64,000 nucleotides of DNA from an uncultured Clostridia bacterium (lineage in GTDB: Bacteria; Bacillota; Clostridia; Christensenellales; Borkfalkiaceae): NCBI GenBank assembly GCA_964468815.1, contig CAYXWN010000004.1, forward strand, positions 164 through 64,163, in the 5' to 3' direction. The stretch's first letter is position 1, and every line of letters begins with the position of its first letter. A program made the translations under genes and the position numbers. Below, piece after piece: positions 10,401 to 20,841 of this stretch. The notes under the pieces were generated by a model. The model was not told the DNA's origin. It made no database searches and worked only from the letters and a program-made list of their open reading frames with translations.

Positions 10401-10505
10401 AAAATCTCCTTTTTGTTCCGTTTACCCTTATACTATACAAAATCAATGTTTCCGAAACGCAAATCTTATGTTTTTAAGACGTAAAATATTTGTTAATAAA
10501 ATGTT

Positions 10506-10538
10506 AAAGCGGCTACGCCGCTCGGACGTAACCGCTTT
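10506..10538 (-). terminator. Probable terminator of the long glycan operon
   Basis: The arms AAAGCGG...CCGCTTT enclose an inner TACG/CGTA pairing, 20 nt downstream of the CE2-like gene stop. Confidence 0.5.
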
Positions 10539-10558
10539 TATCGCTAAAAAATACTCTT

Positions 10559-11788
10559 TTATTCCGCCGTTTTTTCGGCAGGGACGATATCGCATACGCG
10601 ATTCGCAATGCCGTTTTCTTCTAAAAACGAAAGTATGGTCTGCGCAGCGGAACGGTGCGCCGCCTTACTCGGATGCCCGTGTAACGCAAGCGGCAAGAAA
10701 CTCGTTGCCGCACGGACTCTCACGCCGTAAACCTTTGCTCCGCTTGCTTGAAAGCCCTTTACCACGTTTTCGATAGACTCGTAAACGCCGATTTCGTTTA
10801 AGAAACCGTAACAACATACGATGCTTGCTTCGGGGTAAACTTCGATCAATTCGGAAACAAAGTTTACGTACGCCCGTTTATAATCCGCAAGGCGTTTTTC
10901 CTTTTCCTCTGCGGTCGCGCCCTCGTTGATATACGTATTATCGTTTGCCCCCAAACTGATCAACACGATATCGGGAGCGTCCGCCGCGACGTTCCATTCC
11001 GTTTGCGACTGAACGTCCGCCTTTTTGAACCATTGCGGAATCGCGCTGTCCGGCGACAAGCCGCGGCACATTCCCCAACCACTCGACGCCAAGACGGATA
11101 AATCGGCGTTCAACGCCTTTGCCGTTAAAAACGCGTACGTATCGCAGACGTCCTCGGTAGACGCGTCAAACGCTTCGTTCGGCTCTAACATGGAATCGAC
11201 GCCGTAGCCGCAAGTGATCGAATCGCCGAATACTTCTATTTTTAAGTTCTTTACGTCCGATCTTTTATAGATATAACCATCCGTTTCAAGCGATTGTAAA
11301 TATAATTTACCGCAAACGGATTCGTCCTTTTTGTAAACCTTTACGACGTGGTTTCCCTCTTCGAGATTTTCCGCAAGCGTCAACGTTTCGGTATCTTGCG
11401 TTATGCTTACCGTTTTAAGATCCTCTATTTTATACGCGCTGTCAATCGCAACCGCCAAATAATTGCTTCCGCACATCACGTTCGTATGCGATAATTGCAC
11501 CGTAAGTCGCGTTCCGTAAAACTTCACCTCGAATCCGCTCGCCGACTGACTGAAAAACACGCCCTCGGCAAGATTGTCGTAATAATGTCTGCCCAGCCAC
11601 TTCACGCGCTTTGCGTTGAGCAGATCTTTTCCCGAAAGAACGGACGGCGCTTCCGAGTCCTTTTCAAAAACTTCTTCTAACATCGGATCAAAATTTTCTC
11701 CTTCATTCTTTTTATCGTCAGGTTCGGGCGAACAACCGCACGCGAACAAAAGTAAGCACGCAAGCAAAACGGCAAATATCTTTTTCAT
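10559..11788 (-). CDS. Lipoprotein carbohydrate esterase, CE2-like (N-terminal beta-sandwich + SGNH hydrolase)
   Basis: Lipobox LLFAC. SGNH blocks are FGDSITCGYG, SGWGM and LGANDN, and a C-terminal GHP His is present. Start taken at the ATG at 11788 (MKKIFAVLL). Confidence 0.8.
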   Translation of the reverse strand: MKKIFAVLLACLLLFACGCSPEPDDKKNEGENFDPMLEEVFEKDSEAPSVLSGKDLLNAKRVKWLGRHYYDNLAEGVFFSQSASGFEVKFYGTRLTVQLSHTNVMCGSNYLAVAIDSAYKIEDLKTVSITQDTETLTLAENLEEGNHVVKVYKKDESVCGKLYLQSLETDGYIYKRSDVKNLKIEVFGDSITCGYGVDSMLEPNEAFDASTEDVCDTYAFLTAKALNADLSVLASSGWGMCRGLSPDSAIPQWFKKADVQSQTEWNVAADAPDIVLISLGANDNTYINEGATAEEKEKRLADYKRAYVNFVSELIEVYPEASIVCCYGFLNEIGVYESIENVVKGFQASGAKVYGVRVRAATSFLPLALHGHPSKAAHRSAAQTILSFLEENGIANRVCDIVPAEKTAE

Positions 11789-11896
11789 AACAGTTTCCCT
11801 TTTAACGAGTTTGAAATTCGGTATTATTATATCATACCGTCCGATATTTGTCACGCCTATCGGCGCATTTTACGGTCGAATTTATTTTTCTTATAA

Positions 11897-11937
11897 GAAA
11901 AAACGCGCCATACTTCCGTTTTGGAAGGACAGCGCGT
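11897..11937 (-). terminator. Internal terminator/attenuating hairpin
   Basis: In minus sense: ACGCGC..CTTCC-aaaac-GGAAG..GCGCGT followed by TTTTTT. It lies between the Big_2 lipoprotein gene and the esterase gene. Confidence 0.6.
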
Positions 11938-11988
11938 CTAGATTCACGTAAAATATTCTTTTATCGCAATACGCCGCTCGGCGGAGCG

Positions 11989-12603
11989 CTAAATCGCAAG
12001 CACGGTTACATCGATATACGCCGTAAGCGTTTTTTCTTCCGCACCGCGCCAAGACGCCACGATCTTTACGCGACCGCTCCCGGCGGTTCCTGCCGTAACG
12101 ACGCCGTTTTCGGAAACGGTTACGTTCCCCTCCGCCGCGTACGCAAACGTCCCGTCGGTATAGGCTTCTCCGTCGTAAAGCACGGTGGGCGCAAGCGTAT
12201 ATTCGTCGCCCTCGGCAAGCACTAAGCCGTCCTCCGGGAGAACGACTCGGACGGTCGGAATATAACCGCTGTCGATCACTCGAACCGTACAAGTCGCGCT
12301 GTCCTCTCCGAGCGTTGCGGTAATCGTCACCACGCCTGCCGCCTTTGCCAAGACTTCGCCGCTTTGCGAAACCGTCGCGCGGCTTTCGTTCGAGGAAGCC
12401 CAGCGAATCACGCCCGTTTCGGACGTTTCGGGCGAAAGCGTGAGCGTTTTGTAGCGTTCAAGCGTGACGACGCTCTCGGCAAATGACAACTTCGGCTGTT
12501 CCTCTACGGGATTTTGCGGCTGAGAGCCGTCGTTACACGCAGCAAAGCAACACACGACGACGGACAACATTGCCGCAATCAATACCCAAAAACGTTTTTT
12601 CAT
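11989..12603 (-). CDS. Lipoprotein with two bacterial Ig-like (Big_2-type) domains
   Basis: 204 aa with lipobox CFAAC. Big_2-like strands are seen: GVVTITATLGEDSATCTVRVI and GRVKIVASW..AYIDVTV. Confidence 0.75.
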   Translation of the reverse strand: MKKRFWVLIAAMLSVVVCCFAACNDGSQPQNPVEEQPKLSFAESVVTLERYKTLTLSPETSETGVIRWASSNESRATVSQSGEVLAKAAGVVTITATLGEDSATCTVRVIDSGYIPTVRVVLPEDGLVLAEGDEYTLAPTVLYDGEAYTDGTFAYAAEGNVTVSENGVVTAGTAGSGRVKIVASWRGAEEKTLTAYIDVTVLAI

Positions 12604-12658
12604 GTTATGTTTCCTTATATTCGGCTTCGCCCGAAAACGAGCGAAGCCTATCTTTTTG

Positions 12659-14962
12659 TTATTCCGCTACCTTAACAAGCGATCCATCTTTTAATTGATA
12701 GTTGATTTCAGAAGAAATCTTAACCGTTTTCCCGTCCGTATTCATCCACGACGCGGTTTTCACCGTTACCGTAAAATCACCGAGCGTTTGAATATATTCG
12801 TTTAAAATGAAAATATTCAAATGTTGACCGTCGTTGTGTACCGAGATAGGATTAAATACGCCGCCCATACTCATCGGGAAAGATTCCGTCGTATACTTGG
12901 GACTTTCCGCATTGACGATATCGTAAATGCTAACGCCGTTAATATAGACGTACTTGACAAAATCCATTTCTCCCTTTACTTCATTATGGTAATACGCACC
13001 CGTTGCGCCCGTCGGAAGAATGTTCGTTCCGCCGAACCCGATTTGTACTAACGAAAAATCGCTTCCCTGCGCCGGATTATATCCCATACCGATTTTTGAA
13101 GTTACGTCAATCTCCGTTGCCACAGGATCTGCGGGCGGTTCGGGGGTATCCGCATCTACGGGAGCAGGCGAACCCTTAATCTTGCTCAGAACAACCTCGT
13201 CGAAATACACGACGGCATCGGTCAATGCCGTAAAAGTTACAAATTTGATTCCCGTCAGTTTTCCGTCCACCAAATAAGGCGCGACGTTAACTTCGATATT
13301 ATACCATTGATTGGTTAAAACGTTGACTTTATTCGCACAAGCGTCACCTGCCGCACCCGTATATGCAGTGCTGTACAACCACCACTCTACAACGGTAAGC
13401 GTAGTGTCTTCGATATAAACGCGAAGCGTCAATTGCATATCTTCGGTAATCGTTCCGCTATAACTTTCTCCGAACGTGAACGCGTTACCATGCCAAAGCG
13501 CAATCGCGCTGACCTTTAACACATCGCTGGTTGCACCCGTCGGTACGCCGTCGTCGGACGCTTTCATCGCCGTATAACGATCGGCAGCAACGCCACCGCA
13601 CCGGTCAAGATCAATGGAAGAAGGAACGTTGGTATAGCCGTCAAGGTCAAATCTCTTCGCCACCTCATAATCGGGTTTTTCGACAGGGAAAACAAGTTCT
13701 ACGTCTTTAATATACACGTTGCCTTTGGTGGGCAAAATCAAGAGTGTTTTTAAATTTCCGCTCTCGTCGTTCGGAATGATATCGAACGAAAATTCATATT
13801 CTTGATACTCGGCATTATAGCCAAAGCCCTTCATAGTAGCAAAGGTCGAATCCCACCAATCGGGCCAAAAGCCGGTGAAAAATTGCGCGCTTTCGTCGGC
13901 GAGTTTAAACTTAAACTTCATGCCGCTTGCGCCCGTATTTTCCACAATGCCGCGGAAATAATCCGCATTCAGCGTAAACGCTCTGCTATCGTCTTCCTCG
14001 GTGGCGTTATTCGTGAAAAGGAACGCGTTTTCTTCTTCTGCCCAAGTAACCGAGTTTACAATTTCGCCTTCCGCGAGATTCGGCTCGAACAAACTTGCCA
14101 TTTCAGCCCCCTGAATGGCTCTGCCGTAATAATCTTTCCGCGAAAGTTGCACTTCTACGGAAACCGTCGTGTACCCCTCTTGGAACGTAAGATCGAAATC
14201 ATACGTGCCGACGCCGTTCTTCATGACGAACGCCGATAAGGAAAGTACGCCGCCCTTTACCGTATATTCGCTTACGTCTAAGAGGTTGCCTTTATAACTA
14301 ATGCTGCTCAGCGTTTTTTCGTCGATCGCAACTTCTGCCTTGGGACTTTCCGCCGTTACGACGATATCGGAAAAATCCAAACCGTCGGGCTTGGTAACGA
14401 CGTACGTTCTGTCAAACGTGTTGGTCTGACCGAGTACGTCCGTCGCATAGTAACGAACGGTATGCTCGCCGTATTTGATTCTGCCAAGATCGTCCTTATC
14501 GAAATCGCTGTTGGTGGTTACTTCCAAACTTTCGCCAAAGGAATCCTTTGCCTCGATCTCTGCGAGGATATCCAAATTCTCGCTGTACACCGCTTCGTAA
14601 CGCGCCTCGCCGACAAACGTAGGCAAGCCGTAAATTTTTACGGTAATCGTTTCTTCCGCATCGCCGCACGTATACTTAACGGTATACGTTCCCGCCGTTC
14701 CGAACACGACGCTCGTCGTATCTGCGGTAACCTCTTCCGCCGCTCCGTCCTTAGTGCCCGTCACGTTTTGTAAAAAATCGTATTCCGTCACCGTATAACC
14801 GAGGGAAACGTCTTCCGCTCCGTCAATGCGATACTCCGCTTTCGGCTGTTCAGGCGTCGGCTTATTGCCGTCGTCCTCGTTTCCGTTACAAGCCGCGCCT
14901 GTAATAGCAAAGAGAAACGCCAACACGAGTACGATTAAGTAACTGGTTTTCTTTTTCATCAT
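12659..14962 (-). CDS. Large surface lipoprotein, unknown function (Ig-like + CBM-like beta-sandwich modules)
   Basis: 767 aa. Signal peptide plus Cys (ITGAAC). Ig-like strands (GTYTVKYTCGD, HTVRYYATD). Two modules end in jelly-roll-like strands (VYIKDVELVF, VVYFDEVVL). No catalytic motif recognised. Confidence 0.75.
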   Translation of the reverse strand: MMKKKTSYLIVLVLAFLFAITGAACNGNEDDGNKPTPEQPKAEYRIDGAEDVSLGYTVTEYDFLQNVTGTKDGAAEEVTADTTSVVFGTAGTYTVKYTCGDAEETITVKIYGLPTFVGEARYEAVYSENLDILAEIEAKDSFGESLEVTTNSDFDKDDLGRIKYGEHTVRYYATDVLGQTNTFDRTYVVTKPDGLDFSDIVVTAESPKAEVAIDEKTLSSISYKGNLLDVSEYTVKGGVLSLSAFVMKNGVGTYDFDLTFQEGYTTVSVEVQLSRKDYYGRAIQGAEMASLFEPNLAEGEIVNSVTWAEEENAFLFTNNATEEDDSRAFTLNADYFRGIVENTGASGMKFKFKLADESAQFFTGFWPDWWDSTFATMKGFGYNAEYQEYEFSFDIIPNDESGNLKTLLILPTKGNVYIKDVELVFPVEKPDYEVAKRFDLDGYTNVPSSIDLDRCGGVAADRYTAMKASDDGVPTGATSDVLKVSAIALWHGNAFTFGESYSGTITEDMQLTLRVYIEDTTLTVVEWWLYSTAYTGAAGDACANKVNVLTNQWYNIEVNVAPYLVDGKLTGIKFVTFTALTDAVVYFDEVVLSKIKGSPAPVDADTPEPPADPVATEIDVTSKIGMGYNPAQGSDFSLVQIGFGGTNILPTGATGAYYHNEVKGEMDFVKYVYINGVSIYDIVNAESPKYTTESFPMSMGGVFNPISVHNDGQHLNIFILNEYIQTLGDFTVTVKTASWMNTDGKTVKISSEINYQLKDGSLVKVAE

Positions 14963-14987
14963 TCATTCTCCTTTTTGTTTTTTCATA

Positions 14988-16898
14988 TCATACGCCCCAT
15001 TTATTGTAGAGCGACTTTATGACGCTTAAAGTATTTTCCGACGCCTTGGTCAATCCGATTGCCTCGGCATCCGCCTTAAACTGTTCTTTATATTCTTGCA
15101 AAACAGTGGGATCGGTATTGTAGGTGTAAAGTTCGACAAACATATAATACGTTGACAACCGCTCGCCTGCGATATGCTTATAATATAAATCATACGCCGT
15201 CGGATCGGAAGTTTTCAGTTTCTCGATCTTCGCCAAAGCAAGGTCGTAAATTTCGATCCACTGTTTCAAAATATTCTTCGGCCAAAACTTCTCTTTTAAG
15301 ATCTCCGTAAAGCACGAACGAATACCGCCGAACCCGTTGTATTCCTTGTTGTACGCGGAAAGCGTGCGATAGGAATCGAATATCTGCCGCATTTCGGGTG
15401 CTGCCGCCCCGAAATACGTCTCGAAGAAATCGTCTACGAGTTCGCTGAGATTTTCATCGCAATCCCACGCCAGTTTCGCGTTGAGATACGATTTCAAATT
15501 GTGCCAGCCGGTACTGAATCCGTTTTCGTTCCATTGCGCTTGGTCGAACAACCATTTCGCATCTAATTCTACGGCAAATTTGTAGTTATCCTGCATTCCC
15601 TCGAAAGAATCGAACGGAACGAGATAATCGTAAAAGTTGGTGCTGTATATCCAGAAATACATACTTTCCGTTACGTCACCCCACGCCTTGGACATATCGT
15701 AGAACGAACTGTTGCCTTCGTCGAAGAAACTACGCGTAAAATCGCTGTTTACGGGTGCTAACAGTAAAGAAATACCTTCGTCGATCTTTAAACCGTTCTT
15801 CATCTCGTACTTACCCGTCTTTTCGTTATATACCGTAGGCGGAATTTGCGTAGAAGTGTAAGCAAAAAATACAAGATCGAGATCGCGCGCGTAGGGTGCG
15901 CCGTCTTCCGTCTTCATCCAAGCGCGAATTTTCGCGTTCAGATCGTTCAAGAAGAGAATCACCGCCGCCGAATTCGCGCCGTATTCTTCGACGACCTTAG
16001 AACAAGCGGAGCACGCGCAGAACATGCTGTTATCTTCGATGGAAAAAGTAACGACGTTTTTGTCCGGATATTCCTTTAACCCTTCTTGCAGTCGATTGCA
16101 AGCGGCGTTGAGCATCAATTCGTATTGCTCTTTATCTCCGTGCGCCGTATAGCAAAGTTGATTGCCGCCGTCCGAAACCCATTGCGTGTTGTAATTCGGA
16201 TCGGTATTCACGTACGAAAAAGAGTTGTGAAAGACTGTCCCGATATACATAAACCACTCATAATACGGTCTTTGCCGCATACGGTAGGATTCATACATAT
16301 CGTTCGCAACCGAGCCGTACCCTGCCGCTCTGTACGGAATATCGGGGATTTCCGTTACAGCCATTTCGTAAAAGTGCAGATCGGAAACGCCTTTATTCAG
16401 ACGATAGGTATCTTTATAGAAATATTCAAAATCGAACAAATACCCGAGCGTTTCGTATACGGCGTACAACGAGCCGTAATCGGTCGCGCCGTACAGATAC
16501 ATGTCATCGCCCTCTGTGGTGATTTGAAAGCCGTCAGAGCCGAGTTTTTTCTCGTCATAGGTGATGCCGCTGTTTTTCAACAACGCGGTTTTGCCGATGG
16601 AAAAATATTTTCCGTTTTCCGTCACCTCCGCGTCGGTTACCGTCTTTAATTCAATCGAAGTCGCCTCGCAAAAGAACGTCGTAAACTCGCCTGCGGCGTT
16701 CAAGAGAAGCGCGGAAGCGTTTTCGGGAATCAAAACCCGATAATCCGTCGTTCCGTTCTTTACGATATACGCGTCGGTTACCGTTACGGAAGAATCGTTA
16801 TTTCCGTCGTCAACGTTCGGGGTGTCGGACGAAACGCATGCGGAAAGCGCAATCGTAAAAGAAAGCAGAATTACCAATAATATATTGCGTTTTTTCAT
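14988..16898 (-). CDS. Lipoprotein, DUF4838-like (putative glycan-processing or -binding protein)
   Basis: 636 aa with lipobox LSAC. The N-terminal module (GSDGFQITTEGDDMYLYGATDYGSLYAVYETLGYLF) resembles the GH20/GH67 N-terminal-like domain that precedes DUF4838. The family call is from memory only. Confidence 0.6.
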   Translation of the reverse strand: MKKRNILLVILLSFTIALSACVSSDTPNVDDGNNDSSVTVTDAYIVKNGTTDYRVLIPENASALLLNAAGEFTTFFCEATSIELKTVTDAEVTENGKYFSIGKTALLKNSGITYDEKKLGSDGFQITTEGDDMYLYGATDYGSLYAVYETLGYLFDFEYFYKDTYRLNKGVSDLHFYEMAVTEIPDIPYRAAGYGSVANDMYESYRMRQRPYYEWFMYIGTVFHNSFSYVNTDPNYNTQWVSDGGNQLCYTAHGDKEQYELMLNAACNRLQEGLKEYPDKNVVTFSIEDNSMFCACSACSKVVEEYGANSAAVILFLNDLNAKIRAWMKTEDGAPYARDLDLVFFAYTSTQIPPTVYNEKTGKYEMKNGLKIDEGISLLLAPVNSDFTRSFFDEGNSSFYDMSKAWGDVTESMYFWIYSTNFYDYLVPFDSFEGMQDNYKFAVELDAKWLFDQAQWNENGFSTGWHNLKSYLNAKLAWDCDENLSELVDDFFETYFGAAAPEMRQIFDSYRTLSAYNKEYNGFGGIRSCFTEILKEKFWPKNILKQWIEIYDLALAKIEKLKTSDPTAYDLYYKHIAGERLSTYYMFVELYTYNTDPTVLQEYKEQFKADAEAIGLTKASENTLSVIKSLYNKWGV

Positions 16899-16908
16899 GT
16901 TTGCCTCC

Positions 16909-19900
16909 TTATTTCACGGTTACGGTATACGAAGCGAACGTGTAATTGCCTGCCTCGTCGCTGACCATGTAACTGATCTTGTAAACGCCTGCCTTATCTG
17001 CCTTAAAACCGTTGTTTTCCACGGTTACGTGCACGAAATCCGGTCCTTCTACGCAAATGAATACGGACGAGGTTTCCGTGACGTTATCCTTGACGCTCAA
17101 AGAAGCAATCTTTACCGTTTCCCCTCTTTTCGCGCTCGTTTTCGGCGAGAGAATCTCTACCGTCGGCGCAACGTTGTCTAAAACGCTGATACCGTACGTA
17201 TAATCCGTCGGGTTATTGTGCGAATCGGTCGCCCGATACGTTATCGTATAATCGCCGTATACCGTCAGTTTTACATCGTACGTCGCCGTCGGATCGTTAT
17301 CCGTGCCGTTTAACAACACGCCGTTTTCCGCGCGCACGTAATTACCGTTCGGATCGGTTATGCTAAACGAAAATTCACAGCGAGAATCCAACACGTCCGC
17401 CGCCAAAGCACCGCCGAACGTGAGAATTTCGTCTTTCGTTCTGTCGCCGATCAACGGGGATACGACGATCTGCGGCGGCCGATTATCGCGCGTGAAATCG
17501 GTAAAACTCTGTCTGTTGATATTATAGACAAACAACTCGGATTCGCCCGAAACGCCGACAAATTCCACCGTGAGATACGCCGTATTGTTCGTAAATCCCG
17601 TAAATGCGCTTCCGTCCGTAAAGGTTGTTACCTTTACCCCGACCGACGCGCTTGCGTTCGCGACGTTGGTAGAAGCGTCGAAGTTTAACATAAAGTTATC
17701 CTTTCCGCCAAAGAACGTCGCGCCGATCGTACGGACCGTTCCGTCGTTTATGCTGTACCTAGAACCGTTCTCTTGTTTGGCGTACGTAAATTTTACTTGC
17801 TTCGCGCCGTCCTGCGTATCGGTGAGATACACGTTGATCGCGTTGAAGTTGTTCTTTTCGGCGTTTACGTTAAAAGTAAACGTAAACGATTTTACTTGCA
17901 CCGTGTTGATGAACTCCACGTTTGTGTTTTTCGTCGTTTTTAACGTGACGTATCCCTCGGTCGCCTCTGTTTGCAGCGAACCGCTTTTCGCGACGAAATA
18001 CTTTTCCAATCCAACCGTTCCGCCGTAGCCTACGTCGATCACGGGAACGCTGTACGTCTTTTCCGCCCTCTTGCCGTTAACTTCCAGACGGTAACCGACG
18101 GTTACCGTTCCTTCCGCGGACGGGACGTATACGGAAGGAACAGCCTTTTCCGCACCGCCGTTTTCACGAATGAAAATTTCCGCCGTCTTGCGCTCGCCCG
18201 TTCCGGACGAGAAATCATAACCGCACAAGGTCGGCAACGTATAACTTGCGCCCTTGATAAAATAATGCGGAAGCGTTACTTCGTCATAGATATACGGGGT
18301 ATCGTTGTTCCACGCGATAAACGTAAATAACTTTTCCACCGTCTTTACGTAGTCGGTCGCCCGAACGATGATTTTATATTCCCCGTCTTTCGTCGGACGG
18401 AATAAAAACGTCTTGGCATCCACCTCGTAGGAATTCTCCCCGTCAACGGCAGAAACGGTATAAGTCACGTTGCCGGACGGATTGCTCACGTTGACAGATT
18501 CCAACAACCGCACCGATTCGCCCGTCGCGCCCTCGGTCACCGCCCCTTTCAGCACGACGGAAAGTCCGCTCTCCGCAACGGCGTTGACCGTAAGTTTCTC
18601 GACGGATTTGTTTCCGCAAAGGTCCGTCGCGGTATAAACAAGAGTATACGTGCCGGCACGCTTAGGCGTAAACACGCCGTCTTTTACGTCGCAAACCGTT
18701 TGCTTTTCCGTCCCGTAATTGTAATACACGCTCGTTACGACCGCACAATCGCCGTCGTATTTATCAAACGCCGTTCCCGCAAAAACGAGGTACTCCTTTC
18801 CGACCAACGCGTAGGGAAGCGCGTTCTTTTCATAACCAGACGTATCGACAGCAATCATGGGCGGTTCGTGATCGGCAAGATCCCTTGCCGGCTTTTGCCC
18901 GTCGATCTCCGTAATGACCAAATTCAAAGCAGACGCTTGATAATTTTCTCCGAATACGGTCATGCGAACTTCGCCCGTCGTGAAGCCCTTCCAAGGAGAA
19001 TCGAAATACTCGGCGTCGTCTAAATCTACGACCATATTGCTGCCCGAAAAAATCTGTCCTGCGGTAAAAATCTGCTTTTCCGCATTGTCGTAATACAGCG
19101 TTATAAATTCTTCTCCGAGTTTTTTATACCCGGAAGGCGTGCCCGTCATGGAAAACCACACGGGGAAACCGAAATCGTCCCCTTGATGAAGAGAGAAATT
19201 CCCCGGATAATTTTCCCAACCGCTGTCCGGTTGATCCGCCGCCCCTGCCGAAATATAGGTTTGCGGATCTGCCCAAGTACCTTGATTGGAGTGATTTTTA
19301 AAATTCAAGGTTACGTAGTTACTTTCATCGTAAATATCCGTAAAGCGAACCTTGATTCTGCCGACGTCCGGAGAACCGATCGTCGTCGGTACTACGAAGA
19401 AGCGGATCAATACGTCGTTCGCCGTGTTGTCCGACAAATCAATAATGCGATTGTATTGAAACACGTCCTTGTTTTCAAGTTTGATCACAATCCCCTCGCG
19501 GCTTTGCACTAAATCGTGCGAGCCGTATTTCGCGGATGATTTTTCGCTCCCGACCGAATAAATCTGCTTTCTTACCGAAAAGCCGATTTCCGCGGAAACC
19601 GCTTTTCCGTCGATCGTTCCGTTGTAAATCAGTCTGTACTTTCCCTCTTGGTCAAGCGTTACCGGAGAAAGATCGGTAGCCTTGCCGTTCGGGAATACGA
19701 GATAGCCGTATTCGGAATCCACCGTCTGCTTGCCGTCCGATAACTTTGCCTTCGGAATGGTAAAGCGTTGTCCGATCGCATACTCCTCGCGAATCATCGC
19801 GTCTTGCACGACGACGTCCGCAGCAACCTTGCTTACGGTCTGCGCTAAGCCGAACCCGACTCCGCACGCCGCAAATAAGACGCAAGCGATCAACGCAAGC

Positions 19901-19932
19901 AATAATCTTTTTCTATCTATCCTTTTTCCCAT
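16909..19932 (-). CDS. Very large exported/anchored protein, unknown function (multiple Ig-like/HYR-like domains)
   Basis: 1007 aa with an N-terminal hydrophobic anchor or lipobox (LFAAC). Repeated strands of the type GTYTLVYTATDLCGN, GDYTITYRATDSHNN and GVYKISYMVSDEAGN are present. Confidence 0.75.
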   Translation of the reverse strand: MGKRIDRKRLLLALIACVLFAACGVGFGLAQTVSKVAADVVVQDAMIREEYAIGQRFTIPKAKLSDGKQTVDSEYGYLVFPNGKATDLSPVTLDQEGKYRLIYNGTIDGKAVSAEIGFSVRKQIYSVGSEKSSAKYGSHDLVQSREGIVIKLENKDVFQYNRIIDLSDNTANDVLIRFFVVPTTIGSPDVGRIKVRFTDIYDESNYVTLNFKNHSNQGTWADPQTYISAGAADQPDSGWENYPGNFSLHQGDDFGFPVWFSMTGTPSGYKKLGEEFITLYYDNAEKQIFTAGQIFSGSNMVVDLDDAEYFDSPWKGFTTGEVRMTVFGENYQASALNLVITEIDGQKPARDLADHEPPMIAVDTSGYEKNALPYALVGKEYLVFAGTAFDKYDGDCAVVTSVYYNYGTEKQTVCDVKDGVFTPKRAGTYTLVYTATDLCGNKSVEKLTVNAVAESGLSVVLKGAVTEGATGESVRLLESVNVSNPSGNVTYTVSAVDGENSYEVDAKTFLFRPTKDGEYKIIVRATDYVKTVEKLFTFIAWNNDTPYIYDEVTLPHYFIKGASYTLPTLCGYDFSSGTGERKTAEIFIRENGGAEKAVPSVYVPSAEGTVTVGYRLEVNGKRAEKTYSVPVIDVGYGGTVGLEKYFVAKSGSLQTEATEGYVTLKTTKNTNVEFINTVQVKSFTFTFNVNAEKNNFNAINVYLTDTQDGAKQVKFTYAKQENGSRYSINDGTVRTIGATFFGGKDNFMLNFDASTNVANASASVGVKVTTFTDGSAFTGFTNNTAYLTVEFVGVSGESELFVYNINRQSFTDFTRDNRPPQIVVSPLIGDRTKDEILTFGGALAADVLDSRCEFSFSITDPNGNYVRAENGVLLNGTDNDPTATYDVKLTVYGDYTITYRATDSHNNPTDYTYGISVLDNVAPTVEILSPKTSAKRGETVKIASLSVKDNVTETSSVFICVEGPDFVHVTVENNGFKADKAGVYKISYMVSDEAGNYTFASYTVTVK

Positions 19933-19941
19933 AATTTCTCC

Positions 19942-20829
19942 TTATTCTTTTAAGCCGCCCATCGAAACGTTCGACATTAAACGCTCTTGAAAGATCAAAA
20001 ACAATATCAAGATCGGAATGATCACGATAATGCACCCTGCCATGCGCATCGGCACGTACGATAAGCCGTTGATAGACTTATTCGTCAATTGATGCAAGCC
20101 GTACGACAACGTGGGGTATGCCGGAATATACAAAAGCGGCGTTTGATAATCGTTCCAAAACTCGATAAACTTGATCAAGAATATCGTAAAGAACACGTTT
20201 TTGACAAGTGGAAAAATAATCCGTACCATAACCGTCCATTCGGAAGCGCCGTCTATCTTCGCCGCCTCGGAAAAGTCGTCCGAAAGACGGATAAACGTCG
20301 CATGGAATACCAGAAAGTACATTCCCAAAAAATTCGCCTTTTGCAACCACGCACCGTACATCGTGTTATAAAGGTTGAGTTTGCGCAGCATATCAATTTC
20401 CGCCGGGTACGATCCGACGATCGGAATCATCATCGTAATCAACACGACCGCGTAAATAACCTTACTCATTTTGTAACGGAATTTCGCCGTCACGTACGCC
20501 ACGATACACGGAATGAACGTTGCGACAAACGCCGAACCGATTACGTACAACAACGTATTGACAATCATCTGCCAAACGTTCTGTTCAAACGTGCGTCCGT
20601 CTCGTACGCCGTCAACGATAAAGTTTTGCATGACCGTCGCAAAGTTCGAAAACGCCCAATCTTGCGGAAAGCCCAATTTGTTGCTGCGAAATTCGTCTAT
20701 GGATTTTAAAGAAGTCAACGCGCCCCAAAGTAACGGATACAACATCGATATCGTATACAGCACCAAAACGATGAAGAGAATAATCATGAGCGGATTCAAA
20801 AACGCTCTTAATTTTTTCGGATTTTTCAT
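19942..20829 (-). CDS. Carbohydrate ABC transporter permease (LplC-like)
   Basis: 295 aa with 6 TM helices. The EAA-type loop is SEAAKIDGASEWTVMVRIIFPL. Confidence 0.9.
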   Translation of the reverse strand: MKNPKKLRAFLNPLMIILFIVLVLYTISMLYPLLWGALTSLKSIDEFRSNKLGFPQDWAFSNFATVMQNFIVDGVRDGRTFEQNVWQMIVNTLLYVIGSAFVATFIPCIVAYVTAKFRYKMSKVIYAVVLITMMIPIVGSYPAEIDMLRKLNLYNTMYGAWLQKANFLGMYFLVFHATFIRLSDDFSEAAKIDGASEWTVMVRIIFPLVKNVFFTIFLIKFIEFWNDYQTPLLYIPAYPTLSYGLHQLTNKSINGLSYVPMRMAGCIIVIIPILILFLIFQERLMSNVSMGGLKE

Positions 20830-20841
20830 ATTCTCCCCTCC

